Positions 39,809-50,100 of a DNA stretch of 64,000 nucleotides are shown here, piece by piece. The translations under genes and the position numbers were made by a program. The notes beneath the pieces were generated by a model that saw only the letters and a program-made list of their open reading frames with translations, did not search any database and had not been told where the DNA came from. Source of the stretch: Candidatus Thorarchaeota archaeon (GTDB lineage Archaea > Asgardarchaeota > Thorarchaeia > Thorarchaeales > Thorarchaeaceae); assembly GCA_003345545.1 (NCBI GenBank), contig PRDH01000026.1:1-64000 (forward strand), read 5' to 3'. Numbering within the stretch: the first letter of the stretch is position 1; every line of letters starts with the position of its first letter.

Positions 39809-40579
39809 CTACACTAATTGTTGATCAGATTCTGCTTTTCCATATAAGACCTCCAATTTATGGAGGAAATCGATTGCTCGCTTGGATTGAGGATTCTCAA
39901 AGAAATGCTCAGGAGTTCCTGTTTCTACTATCACGCCTTGATCCATGAAAATCATCTCACTAGAAACAGCGCGAGCGAATCCCATTTCATGTGTTACAAC
40001 AATCATTGTCGTTCCTTCTTTCGCTATGTCAAGCATGACTTGGAGAACCTCTCCTATCAATTCGGGATCAAGTGCACTGGTAGGCTCGTCAAATAGAATA
40101 ACATCGGGTTCCATTGCTATAGACCGCGCAATTCCAACACGTTGTTGTTGACCTCCGCTTAGCTGTGCAGGATAATGATGACTCCACTCAGCCATTCGAA
40201 CTTTCTCAAGTGCCTTGTATGCAATGTTTTGTGCTTCCTCCTTTGTCTTACCAAGCACGAGACGAAGCCCAATACTGACGTTGTCTATTGCTCTGAGATG
40301 TGCAAAGAGATTGAAGTTCTGGAAAACAAAACCAATACGTGTTCGCAATCGGCTTAGTTCTGCTTTGTGTTCCATTAGGCTTTCGCCGCAAAGAAGTACC
40401 TCACCTTTGTCAGGAGGCGTTAGCATGTTTATTACTCTGAGCAAAGTGCTTTTTCCTGATCCACTTGGTCCAAAAACAACTTTTACTTCTCCCTCATTCA
40501 CATCGAAAGATATTCCTTTTAGCACCTGTAGTTTATCGTATGCTTTCCATACATCTCTTACCTCAATGACTTTCGTTAT
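39809..40579 (-). CDS. polar amino-acid ABC transporter ATP-binding protein (GlnQ-like)
   Basis: [36 protein letters not shown]; N-terminal strand needs the ATA at 40579. Confidence 0.93.
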   Translation of the reverse strand: MTKVIEVRDVWKAYDKLQVLKGISFDVNEGEVKVVFGPSGSGKSTLLRVINMLTPPDKGEVLLCGESLMEHKAELSRLRTRIGFVFQNFNLFAHLRAIDNVSIGLRLVLGKTKEEAQNIAYKALEKVRMAEWSHHYPAQLSGGQQQRVGIARSIAMEPDVILFDEPTSALDPELIGEVLQVMLDIAKEGTTMIVVTHEMGFARAVSSEMIFMDQGVIVETGTPEHFFENPQSKRAIDFLHKLEVLYGKAESDQQLV

Positions 40580-41271
40580 TGTTTTCCACCTCCAAGTCCG
40601 AGTTGTCTAAGTTTCGCGGTCATACTCTCTCCTACATACTTTGTAATGGGATAAGTAAAGATAAAATAGATGATTGAAATTACCAGAATAATCCCCAAGA
40701 ATAGGGCGGGATAGGTGTTTGTAAACGCCTGAGCTTGATATAACATCTCAGTCACGCCAATTGCACTTGCCAAGGATGAATCCTTGATAACTACCGCATA
40801 TTCATTTGTCCACCCTGGTAAAGAGAGTCGAAATGCCTGAGGTAGGATAATATGTCGAGTAGCCTGCATTTCAGTCATTCCTATCGACCGAGCAGCCATC
40901 ATCTGACCAACGTCCACAGACAATATCGATCCTCGAAATAACTCCGATTGATATGCTGCACTTCTTAATGCGAGTGCAAACACAGCCGCTACGAATAATG
41001 CAGCGATAACGGAACCAGCCCACATGAACCAACCCAGCAATGCAGCTCCAAAAATAAAGAGAAGAACAAGTAATGGAATTCCTCTGAATATCTTTTCATA
41101 TCCCTTGGCAATCAATTGTAATTCAAATGGTCCGTAAACGCGCATTAGGGCAAGTGCAGTCCCTACAACAAAACCAAATGCTAAAGAAATAAGGGTGAGA
41201 GCAAGAGTTGTTGAGAGTCCTCTTATAGTAATCAAATAGAGAATGTCTAGAAGTCCCTCAACCTCTTGCAC
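40576..41271 (-). CDS. polar amino-acid ABC transporter permease
   Basis: [34 protein letters not shown]; GTG start. Confidence 0.92.
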   Translation of the reverse strand: MQEVEGLLDILYLITIRGLSTTLALTLISLAFGFVVGTALALMRVYGPFELQLIAKGYEKIFRGIPLLVLLFIFGAALLGWFMWAGSVIAALFVAAVFALALRSAAYQSELFRGSILSVDVGQMMAARSIGMTEMQATRHIILPQAFRLSLPGWTNEYAVVIKDSSLASAIGVTEMLYQAQAFTNTYPALFLGIILVISIIYFIFTYPITKYVGESMTAKLRQLGLGGGKQ

Positions 41272-41277
41272 TCATTA

Positions 41278-42072
41278 TCACCCAAACCACTTTGCAATTA
41301 GTGCGTCTACCGTTCCATCTGCAAATCCTTCAGCGATGGCACTGTTTATTGCCGCAGAGAGTCTATCGCTACCATATCTGATGTAGAATGCTGTTGGTGG
41401 TGCAGTCACTGTGAAGATTATTTTGACACTATAGACTGTGCTGTAGAGACCGACAATTGGTTCATCGACGTATATAGCGTCAAGAGTACCTGTATCTAGT
41501 GCTTGAAACATTGTTTCAACAACAGGATATCTGGTTAGTGTGGCTTCCATGTTAGTGATATCTGATAGTTCTTCATCTTCAACTGTTCCAGTTTGAACTC
41601 CAACGTCCAATCCAACAAGATCTGCTAGCTCATCAATTACAAGAGTCGAATTGGCTTTGGTAACGACGACCTCGTTCGTTCTAATGTACCAGGTCAATGG
41701 CTGAAGAACTGCACATCGTGCAGCAGTAATGAATGTGGCTGAAGCAATCATATCGATTGTTCCGGCTTGACATGCACCGATTAAATTGTCAAAGTCCATA
41801 TCAATCCATTGAGTGGTTACATTAAGATAATCGGCAACCAATTCTGCAAGATCAATATCAAACCCTTCTATTTGGTTAGAGGTTGTATTGAATATTTCGA
41901 ATGGCGGCCAATTTGTGTTAGTTCCCACAATGATTGAACCTCGCGCCTTGATCACATCGTAATCATCAGATGCAACCAACGACGGTGTAAAGTATCCAAT
42001 CCCAAAGCCGATAATTATGCCAACTATCAGCATTGCTGCTATTATTACGGTTTTTCCACCTGATTCTGCCAG
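41278..42072 (-). CDS. polar amino-acid ABC transporter substrate-binding protein (family 3), membrane-anchored
   Basis: WPPFE, GFDIDL, GVQTGT; N-terminal TM helix; frame extends to CTG 42072 behind GGAGGT. Confidence 0.9.
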   Translation of the reverse strand: MAESGGKTVIIAAMLIVGIIIGFGIGYFTPSLVASDDYDVIKARGSIIVGTNTNWPPFEIFNTTSNQIEGFDIDLAELVADYLNVTTQWIDMDFDNLIGACQAGTIDMIASATFITAARCAVLQPLTWYIRTNEVVVTKANSTLVIDELADLVGLDVGVQTGTVEDEELSDITNMEATLTRYPVVETMFQALDTGTLDAIYVDEPIVGLYSTVYSVKIIFTVTAPPTAFYIRYGSDRLSAAINSAIAEGFADGTVDALIAKWFG

Positions 42073-42253
42073 TTTCTTTACCTCCGTTGATGTGAATCCT
42101 AAGATTCAAGGATTCCGTACGTTAAACTCACTGAAATAGATTCGCTTTTTTGTTTCAGCGGTATCAAACTGAATGTCAGGGCTGGTGACGACAAGGTCCT
42201 ATTACTCTGTATCATAGAGCCGGATGCCCAACAACGTGCTGTAAGAATGTACG

Positions 42254-42475
42254 CTACTTAATTGTAATGGCATCTAGAGGGCAGATGTCTACACATTGAT
42301 TGCACCTCGTGCAGAGGTCCGTGAATGCCACATCTACTCTCCAGTCAGTGGGGTCATTGTTGATGTAGTCTGGAGAGTACAGGATGAAGATGGCTGGAGG
42401 ACAGATTTGAAGGCACTTCTTGCATATTCGGGGGTCCTTGCATTTATCGTAGTCGACTACAATCTTGGTCTTCAT
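42254..42475 (-). CDS. 2x[4Fe-4S] ferredoxin
   Basis: CKDPRICKKCLQICP and CTRCNQCVDICP. Confidence 0.88.
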   Translation of the reverse strand: MKTKIVVDYDKCKDPRICKKCLQICPPAIFILYSPDYINNDPTDWRVDVAFTDLCTRCNQCVDICPLDAITIK

Positions 42476-43339
42476 CTACCACACATCCTTTAGGACAGGA
42501 TTCTCATTTCTGTCCACCATCTGAATGGCGTTCTCAGGACACGCAGTAGCGCAGAGACTGCATCCGAAGCATCGCTTGGCATCGATATATGGCGCATTCA
42601 TCAGACTGTCAAATGTTAGAGCACCAAACTGACATCGAGAATTGCAGACTGCGCATCCGTTGCATTTCTCAAAATAGACTTGGGCGACATATTCGCCCTT
42701 GTACAAAAACTTGAGGCCGTATTCCATTCTGATTCTAGCTGCAGCGCACTCCGGTCTTTCGCAGCTGCAGAGAGCCGCAATATAGGGAATAGGTCCAAAC
42801 CAGACTGTGTTTACACGACCAGATTCGTTCATGGTTTCAACGAAGTCTTGAGCCTCATCCACATGAAGCCACTCCGCACCCCGTTCTGGAATGAATCTTG
42901 GCAGCTTCGGAATCATCTCGGCAAGAGCTCCAAATGTGAGACAGCATGGATCTTGGATTCCACGGCTCATCTGTCGACATGCGCAATTGACCTTCAAGAC
43001 TGGACTGGCGATTTCAAGTATCTTCTTGGCATCTTCAAGAGTCACCACTTGACCGGGATGCCCTTCGCCACGACGAGGGTTGCGTTTTCCCTTCTCCTTG
43101 CGGAACCATGAATTCACGTAGCCTTTCAATGCTCTGCCAACAATGGGTGTGCTGAACTTGTAGCCCGGCCCTTTCATTGAGATCCCATAGATCTTCTGGA
43201 GATAGATCTTCTCGAATTGTTTCCAGAGCTCGAAAATGTATTCGTGAGCATTTGTTTCCAGTGCTGTCTGCTCCAGGTAATTCTTGGAGTTAAGATACCA
43301 TCTCTTTCCAGCCCCGTGTTTGAAACACCACTCGCACAT
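42476..43339 (-). CDS. 4Fe-4S binding protein with additional Cys-rich N-terminal domain
   Basis: MCEWC, CACR, CSC...C and two C-terminal CxxCxxCxxxC; stop abuts the ferredoxin ATG. Confidence 0.82.
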   Translation of the reverse strand: MCEWCFKHGAGKRWYLNSKNYLEQTALETNAHEYIFELWKQFEKIYLQKIYGISMKGPGYKFSTPIVGRALKGYVNSWFRKEKGKRNPRRGEGHPGQVVTLEDAKKILEIASPVLKVNCACRQMSRGIQDPCCLTFGALAEMIPKLPRFIPERGAEWLHVDEAQDFVETMNESGRVNTVWFGPIPYIAALCSCERPECAAARIRMEYGLKFLYKGEYVAQVYFEKCNGCAVCNSRCQFGALTFDSLMNAPYIDAKRCFGCSLCATACPENAIQMVDRNENPVLKDVW

Positions 43340-43509
43340 CTTCTAATGCCACCAGAGTAGATACTGTTTTGTTCTTGCTAAGCAAACGGGCTATATTGTC
43401 TTTCGACTTTGAACTAGAGCGCGAATAATGCGGGGTATGCTTCAGGAGTTTGAGTCTCTTCAGAGGTTGACCTTAGCCTATGATAGAAGAACCCGCCATA
43501 GCAATGAAA

Positions 43510-44931
43510 CTAGTGATGATGATGTTCATGTACATGGTCCAGCGGTGCCAATCTTCCGAAGGTTCTCTGAACGACCTCACTGAGTGATGGGTGTATATGC
43601 ATTGCCTGAAGCATTGGATAGAAGCTGCCATCTTGAGTGTACATAAGGTTCGCAATCTCTTGGATCAGGACTGGCGCGTCAGGCCCGACGATGCTTGCTC
43701 CAAGGATTTTCTTATTCTCAGCATCCACAATGACCCTGACGAGACTTGGCGGATTTCCCATGGCGAATCCCTTTGCTGCTGTAGAGTAGTCCCCCTGTCC
43801 AACTAATAATTGATGTCCCGACTCCTTGGCCTCTTTTAGTGTCATGCCCACGGTCGCAATTGGAGGATATGAGAACACAGCTCTCGGGACGGCATGATAG
43901 TCCATTGTAAGAAGTTCTGCGTCTTTGCTGTTGCTCATGACTTCTGACAGATTGGACCATACAATGTCTGACTCAGTGTTCGCAACATGCCGGAACTGAT
44001 AGCGTCCTATGGCATCCCCAAATGCCCAGATACCCTTCTTACTTGTTCTGAAGTAGTCATCAACAATGACCCACCCCTGCTCGTCTACCTTCACTCCTGT
44101 CTTCTCAGGCTTGAAAAGGTCTGCATTGGAGTGTCTGCCTGTGGCAATTAGGAGCGCTTCTCCTCTAGACTCCTTGACCTCGCCGGTATCACGATCGCGT
44201 GCCCAGACTATCTTTTGTTGTCCATCTTGCTTGACTTCTATGACCTCGTGATTCACAAGGATGTTCATCCTCTTTGAGAGCTCTTCCCGTAAGACCTCAG
44301 AAACATCACTGTCTTCATTCTTGACCAAGTAGGGATTTCTGCCTATGATGGTGACAGCTACTCCAACGGCTGAAAAGAAGTGCCCGAATTCAGTGGCTAT
44401 GTACCCTCCACCGACGATAATCATGGACTCTGGCTTTTCCATGAGATGAAGTGCATCATCTTCCACGAGGTACTGCAGCTCATTAAGACCTTTGATTCTG
44501 GGAATGTTCGGTCTCGCGCCAGCAGCAATCACAATTGTGGGGGACCTTATTTTTCGACCATTGATTTCCATGGTGTAGTCACCTACGAATTGTCCTGTGC
44601 CTTTGTACCAATCGATTCCCTCAGCTTCATCAACAGACTGTCCCTGTTGACGGCTTGAATTGTCGACCTCTTCTCTCATTCGCTTCATGATCCAAGGATA
44701 GTCGATGCTCTCAACCTGAAGCTTGACGCCAAGTGACTCAAGATGTTTCGCCTCCGTAATGACGTCAGCAACATACGTGAGGATCTTCGTAGGTATGCAC
44801 CCTCGATTAAGACAGGTTCCGCCCATCGGCCCATTCTCAACGACTGCAACTCGCATGCCTTTTTCATAGGCTGCAGAGGCGACGTTCATTCCAGCTCCTG
44901 AGCCAATGACAATCAGGTCATATTTCTCCAT
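43510..44931 (-). CDS. dihydrolipoamide dehydrogenase-family flavoprotein disulfide reductase
   Basis: GSGAG, GGTCLNRGCIPTK, GGGYI, HPSLSE; C-terminal HVHEHHHH. Confidence 0.88.
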   Translation of the reverse strand: MEKYDLIVIGSGAGMNVASAAYEKGMRVAVVENGPMGGTCLNRGCIPTKILTYVADVITEAKHLESLGVKLQVESIDYPWIMKRMREEVDNSSRQQGQSVDEAEGIDWYKGTGQFVGDYTMEINGRKIRSPTIVIAAGARPNIPRIKGLNELQYLVEDDALHLMEKPESMIIVGGGYIATEFGHFFSAVGVAVTIIGRNPYLVKNEDSDVSEVLREELSKRMNILVNHEVIEVKQDGQQKIVWARDRDTGEVKESRGEALLIATGRHSNADLFKPEKTGVKVDEQGWVIVDDYFRTSKKGIWAFGDAIGRYQFRHVANTESDIVWSNLSEVMSNSKDAELLTMDYHAVPRAVFSYPPIATVGMTLKEAKESGHQLLVGQGDYSTAAKGFAMGNPPSLVRVIVDAENKKILGASIVGPDAPVLIQEIANLMYTQDGSFYPMLQAMHIHPSLSEVVQRTFGRLAPLDHVHEHHHH

Positions 44932-45018
44932 GTTATTAACAATAGTGAATTACTTAATAAAGATAGTGTTGGAGTTTAACGTGCTGCGTATCCTGGATAG
45001 CTTTTCAGAAGCCATTGG

Positions 45019-46230
45019 CTAAACGATTTCCCAAGAAGTTGCCATACTGACACCTCCGCCGCCGCAGAGAGTAGCCATGCCCTTAGTGAGCCCTCTTCTT
45101 CTCAGGGCATGTATGAGCGTAATGACAATCCGTGCTCCCGCGCATCCGACTGGGTGACCCAACCCAATTCCAGATCCATTCACATTGACCCTATCCCTGT
45201 CAAAGCCCAGAGGTTTGAGACCCTTCTCGACAGCAAGAAACTGACTTGCAAAAGCTTCGTTCAGTTCCACGAGGTCCCAATCAGAGAATCCCTGTCCTGT
45301 TCTCCTGATGAGATCCTGGACGGCTGCAATTGGTGACTCTCCCATGAGATGTGGTTCACTGCAACCCATCCCGTATCCCGTCAACTTCGCCAATGGCTTG
45401 AGTCCTAGTTCACCTGCTTTTTTCTTTGACATGATGACCATTGCAGCTGCTCCATCATTGATTCCACTGGAGTTGCCTGCAGTGACCGTGCCGTCGCTTT
45501 TGAAGGCGGGTCGTAGTTGTGCCAGACCTTCCATAGTCAGATTCGGCCTGAAGTGCTCATCTTTCTCGACAAGTGTCGTACCTTTCTTTCCCTTGATCTC
45601 AATGGGGACTGTTTCTTCTTTGAAATCGCCCTCCCTTGTTGCACGTTCCGCGTTGTTATGTGACTTTAGTGCAACAACGTCTTGCTCCTCCCGTGTAAAT
45701 CCATACTTTGCATTCAGAAACTCAGCCGTTTCACCCATGATGTACTGCTTGCCTGTTTCGGGGTGAGGATAGAAATGACTCCCGGCGTGAAGCCCTGTTG
45801 TAAGTGCATCCATGAAGACGCCGTCGAAAAGTCGCACTCCCCATCTTGCATTCTCAACACAATATGGAACATTAGACATTGATTCGACACCACCAGCAAG
45901 AACAATGTCAGTAAATCCTGTCTGAATTTGCATCGCTCCACTGACAATGGCTTCCATTGCAGATGTGCACACTCTATTGATTGTGACTGCCGGGACTGTA
46001 TAGGGGACTCCAGCCAAGAGCGCTGAGATTCTTGCAATATTGAGTGCTTTCGGCGGCTCAAAGCAGTTGCCAAGCCTTACATCGCCAATGCGTGATGGGT
46101 CTATGCCAGCACGTTTCACAGCCGCCTTGATAACCTGCGCGGCCAGTTCTGGCGCTTGAAGCTCTTTCAGTGAACCTCCAAAGGTGCCAATAGGACTCCG
46201 GCATGCTGATATGACAACTATCTCTTTCAT
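45019..46230 (-). CDS. acetyl-CoA C-acetyltransferase (thiolase)
   Basis: NRVCTS, GGVESMS, NEAF, GHPVG, CGGGG. Confidence 0.94.
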   Translation of the reverse strand: MKEIVVISACRSPIGTFGGSLKELQAPELAAQVIKAAVKRAGIDPSRIGDVRLGNCFEPPKALNIARISALLAGVPYTVPAVTINRVCTSAMEAIVSGAMQIQTGFTDIVLAGGVESMSNVPYCVENARWGVRLFDGVFMDALTTGLHAGSHFYPHPETGKQYIMGETAEFLNAKYGFTREEQDVVALKSHNNAERATREGDFKEETVPIEIKGKKGTTLVEKDEHFRPNLTMEGLAQLRPAFKSDGTVTAGNSSGINDGAAAMVIMSKKKAGELGLKPLAKLTGYGMGCSEPHLMGESPIAAVQDLIRRTGQGFSDWDLVELNEAFASQFLAVEKGLKPLGFDRDRVNVNGSGIGLGHPVGCAGARIVITLIHALRRRGLTKGMATLCGGGGVSMATSWEIV

Positions 46231-46603
46231 AGCATCGGCATCGACATCTGCTCCTTATATTGAGCTTGGTTTTAGAATCTCAGTGCGATCTCAGAACTCA
46301 ATGTGTATCAAGAACTACAAGTCAGTTTAATATGAGATCTAGGGCCATGTATGATGTCAGGTCAGGTATTGGTTCTGAACTACACCAGGAGATAAGAACT
46401 ACAGTTCATCTATATCGTTTCAGGACTTCCTCGTGATTCAAATCACGCTGATAGGACCCACAAAACGCGATTAGAAACCTGACTAGGGGCAGGCAATTAG
46501 AGGCTTTTCTTTGGCCTGCCCTGACACCTGATTTGAAAGTGACCCATGTCATCAAGCTTAAGTGGCAAATGGGTCCCTCTAAACCAATACTGAGGTCTTT
46601 AGA

Positions 46604-48496
46604 ATGAGAATGCTTCAGATACATACCGACGGATTCAGCTACGAGGTTAAGAGGAAGGCTCTCAAGACAGCTGAAGATGTCAAAGAGAAAGTATATGCAA
46701 CCGAAGACTCTTGCTTGGTGAATTTCATTGCCGTCGAGAAGAGTGACGAGAGTAATGTAGCAGCATCTGCCAAGCAAACCGCAGATATGATTGCATCTGC
46801 TGCTGATGAAGTCAAAGAAACGAACGTTGTTGTCTATCCTTGGGTCCATCTCTCAGAGAACCCTTCAAAACCTAGTACTGGAATGCAGTTCCTGAAGGCA
46901 GTGGCATCTAATCTTGAGAAACGCAGCTATCATGTTGTGCGTGCCCCATTTGGATGGTACAAGGCATTCTCGATTCACTGTAAAGGCCATCCACTTGCTG
47001 AGCGATCGAAGGTCCTTGACATTTCCAAGGAACTGGCAAAGACAGCTGAGGTTGAGGTAGCTGAGGGAGAGGACCTCACTGCACTTCACGCTGAGGAAAA
47101 GGCCAGTTCGCAATTCTTTGTCGTCGAACCAAATGGCAGGATGACGGATGTCAAGAAGTTCAACTACGCCAAGTACAATGAACTAGAGATTTACATCAAC
47201 TACGAAACTGCTAAGGACCGTACTGTAATGGAACCGCCTCCGCATATCGAGATAATGAAGAACCTTGAACTTGTTGACTACGAGCCCGGTTCAGATGCTG
47301 GGAACTTCAGATGGCCACCAAGAGGGCTCACCCTGAAGAGGACTGTTGAAGAAAGGGTTACTGCCGAAATGATTGAGTATGGAGCTAATGTGGTGCAGAC
47401 TCCTTTGATCTATGACTATGCCCATCCTTCATTGAAGTCGTATCTGCAGAGATTTCCATCCAGACAGTATGTGGTGCGCTCCGGAGACCGCGATTACTTT
47501 GCACGCTTCTCAGCGTGCTTTGGACAATTCCTACTGATCTCTCAGGCACAAGTGTCATACAAGCAGCTGCCTCTGAAGCTCTTCGAGATTGCCCCTTCCT
47601 ATAGACGAGAACAGAGTGGAGAGCTGGCTGGAATGCGGCGGCCACGGGCATTCACCATGCCGGACATACACGAGATAGTTGCTGATACTGAAATGGCAAA
47701 AGCTTCTGTCAAGAATCAACTAGTGTTTGTTGAGAAACTGATGAATGAGCTAGAGGTTTCCTATGAGGTTTCATTCCGGATTCTCCGTTCATTCTTTGAA
47801 GAGAACAAGGACTTTGTCTTCGGCGTTATAGCCAGGGTAGGCAAACCTGTCATGGTCGAGCTATTCGAAGAGCGTTATGCGTACTTCATCTTTAAGGGTG
47901 AATGGAATGTCGTCGATCAACAGCTGAAAGCTGCGTGCCTTGCGACTATTCAGATAGATGTGGAAAACGGTGAGCGCTTCAACATCAAATACGTGGATGA
48001 GGAAGGCAAGGAACATTATCCTCTGATTCTTCATACTTCTCCCTCAGGATCAATTGAGAGAATTGTCTATGGTGTCCTAGAGCAGGCGAGCAAGGACATG
48101 AGAGATGGTAAGGTGCCTCATTTGCCTCTCTGGATGACGCCGGTTCAGGTAAGATTGGTCCCCCTGAATGAGAATATGCTGGACTATTGTCTGGATATCG
48201 GCAGAGTCCTAGGAAAACACGGTATTCGTTATGAAGTCGATGATCGTCAGCAGACTCTGAACAAGAAGATTCGGTCTGCTGAAAAGCTCTGGATACCCTA
48301 CATCTGCGTAGTGGGCGACAAGGAGAGAGAAAGCCACCAATTATCTGTAAGACGACGAGAACTCAAAGATCAGACCACAATGACAACTGAGGAGCTGGCT
48401 GAGCAAATATTAGAGAAGACTAAGTTCGCTCCCAAGCAGAAACTCATGATGCCATTTCTCGTGTCCAAGCAACCTATCTTCTCACGAGAAGTGTAA
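46604..48496 (+). CDS. thrS: threonine--tRNA ligase, archaeal type
   Basis: Archaeal editing domain (YPWVHLS, APFGWYKAF..CKGHPLAE), ACFGQF, YRREQSGE, HTSPSGSIER, anticodon-binding domain. Confidence 0.96.
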   Translation: MRMLQIHTDGFSYEVKRKALKTAEDVKEKVYATEDSCLVNFIAVEKSDESNVAASAKQTADMIASAADEVKETNVVVYPWVHLSENPSKPSTGMQFLKAVASNLEKRSYHVVRAPFGWYKAFSIHCKGHPLAERSKVLDISKELAKTAEVEVAEGEDLTALHAEEKASSQFFVVEPNGRMTDVKKFNYAKYNELEIYINYETAKDRTVMEPPPHIEIMKNLELVDYEPGSDAGNFRWPPRGLTLKRTVEERVTAEMIEYGANVVQTPLIYDYAHPSLKSYLQRFPSRQYVVRSGDRDYFARFSACFGQFLLISQAQVSYKQLPLKLFEIAPSYRREQSGELAGMRRPRAFTMPDIHEIVADTEMAKASVKNQLVFVEKLMNELEVSYEVSFRILRSFFEENKDFVFGVIARVGKPVMVELFEERYAYFIFKGEWNVVDQQLKAACLATIQIDVENGERFNIKYVDEEGKEHYPLILHTSPSGSIERIVYGVLEQASKDMRDGKVPHLPLWMTPVQVRLVPLNENMLDYCLDIGRVLGKHGIRYEVDDRQQTLNKKIRSAEKLWIPYICVVGDKERESHQLSVRRRELKDQTTMTTEELAEQILEKTKFAPKQKLMMPFLVSKQPIFSREV

Positions 48497-48767
48497 GAAG
48501 AGACTGAGATTGTCTAGTATAGATACATCTCGTCTGGATGCCCAGGACTAGCTGGCAATGTGAGGATTCGGTCCACATCTTAGGATATTATCATGACTAG
48601 TCTGCTTGACACCAGTTATGAGTGATTCCTCATACTTCCCTTGAACCCATGGATTTCCGGCAATCAGAGGATGCTATCGCATCTTAACTCAATATGTCGT
48701 GAGTCGATACTGTTTTTACCTACCCTGCCTCTATTCTACGTTGTCACCTATTTGAGGAACGCGTGAG

Positions 48768-49910
48768 ATGAAGATAGGTATTCTCGGAAGCGGTCAAATG
48801 GGCAGAGGTGCAGCGTTTGACCTAGCTCGACAAGACGCAGTGGAACAACTTCTGCTAGCGGATATCAATCTGAAATGTGCAGAGTCACTTGCCAAGGAAA
48901 CTGGCTCAAAGGCAAAAGCCGTGAAGGTCGATGCTAGGAATCGAGAGCAGCTTGAGGGTTTCTTTGGAGGTGTAGACGCAGTCATCAGTGCGGTGAGTTA
49001 CACAGTCAATGTGCTTCATACTGAGGTCGCGATAGAAACTGGCACCCATATGTGCGACTTGGGAGGCGGCTGGACGATTGTGCAGAAGCAGATTGAGATG
49101 AATAATCAGGCGAGAGATGCCGGCATCACCGTCGTGCCAGATTGCGGGCTTGCGCCCGGAATGGTCAGTGTTCTTGCAAGGCATGGAATCGAGTATCTAG
49201 ACCGTGTTGAGAGCGTGAAGATTCGAGTGGGAGGTCTCCAACAAGAACCTCGTCCCCCGCTGAACTACTCCCTAATCTTTTCCGTTGAAGGACTGATCAA
49301 TGAGTATGTGGAACCATGTGTTGCTCTGAGAGATGGCAAAGTAGTTCTCGAGGACCCATTGGTCGGATTTGAAGAGATATATTTCCCCGAGCCTTTTGGA
49401 AAATTAGAGGCGTTCAACACGAGCGGAGGTACCTCAACACTTCCATATACCTATCAAGGAAAAGTAGGCAACATGGACTACAAGACGATACGCTATCCCG
49501 GACATGGCCATAAGGTCTGGTGCTTGATGAAACTTGGACTCATGAGTAGCAATCCAATAGACGTTGAAGGAAAGAAAGTACGTCCACGGAAAATGCTTGA
49601 AACCCTACTGGAAAAGAATCTGCCGCCTGCTGGCAAGGATGTCACACTCATCCGAATAATGGTTGAAGGTTGGAAGGGTACAGAATCACGAAATATCGAA
49701 TACGAGATCATAGACTACTTCGATGAAACTACTGGTCTCACTTCCATGATGCGGACGACCTCTTTCCCTGCTGCAGTGACTGCAATGATGATGGCTGATG
49801 GCCGCATAAGTGAGCGGGGAGTATTGACACCTGAAAGATGCATTCCCCCTGAGCTCTTCATGAAGGAGCTACGGTCCCGTGGCATTGATATCAAACACAG
49901 GATTTTCTAA
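48768..49910 (+). CDS. saccharopine dehydrogenase / lysine 6-dehydrogenase family
   Basis: LGSGQMG, DLGG, CGLAPG, FSVEGLINEY, YKTIRYPGH, MMRTT. Confidence 0.88.
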   Translation: MKIGILGSGQMGRGAAFDLARQDAVEQLLLADINLKCAESLAKETGSKAKAVKVDARNREQLEGFFGGVDAVISAVSYTVNVLHTEVAIETGTHMCDLGGGWTIVQKQIEMNNQARDAGITVVPDCGLAPGMVSVLARHGIEYLDRVESVKIRVGGLQQEPRPPLNYSLIFSVEGLINEYVEPCVALRDGKVVLEDPLVGFEEIYFPEPFGKLEAFNTSGGTSTLPYTYQGKVGNMDYKTIRYPGHGHKVWCLMKLGLMSSNPIDVEGKKVRPRKMLETLLEKNLPPAGKDVTLIRIMVEGWKGTESRNIEYEIIDYFDETTGLTSMMRTTSFPAAVTAMMMADGRISERGVLTPERCIPPELFMKELRSRGIDIKHRIF

Positions 49911-50019
49911 ATGCTGATTAGGTCGGCCGAAGTCGATAAGTGCTCAATCCCTGCAATTCGCGCTGACTGATTGACTCTTGCATGGATATTAGGCTCATAG
50001 TAACTGATGATTACCAAAT

Positions 50020-50061
50020 GTGTACATTATTAAGTGAACATAATAACGTGTACATAATAAT
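50020..50061 (+). repeat. three 14-bp tandem repeats GTG(T/A)ACAT(A/T)AT.. upstream of a wHTH gene (putative operator)
   Basis: GTGTACATTATTAA / GTGAACATAATAAC / GTGTACATAATAAT, followed by TATATAA. Confidence 0.7.
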
Positions 50062-50100
50062 GTATATAAGTGGACGTGCCCAAATGAAGAACGATTCAAT

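Noticed and set aside
48500-48765. Small hairpins upstream of the saccharopine-DH-like gene (possible lysine riboswitch)
   Set aside because: Only 5-6 bp stems and no lysine-riboswitch consensus.
50020-50061. Short repeats as a CRISPR remnant
   Set aside because: 14-bp contiguous units with no spacers, and no cas genes in the window.
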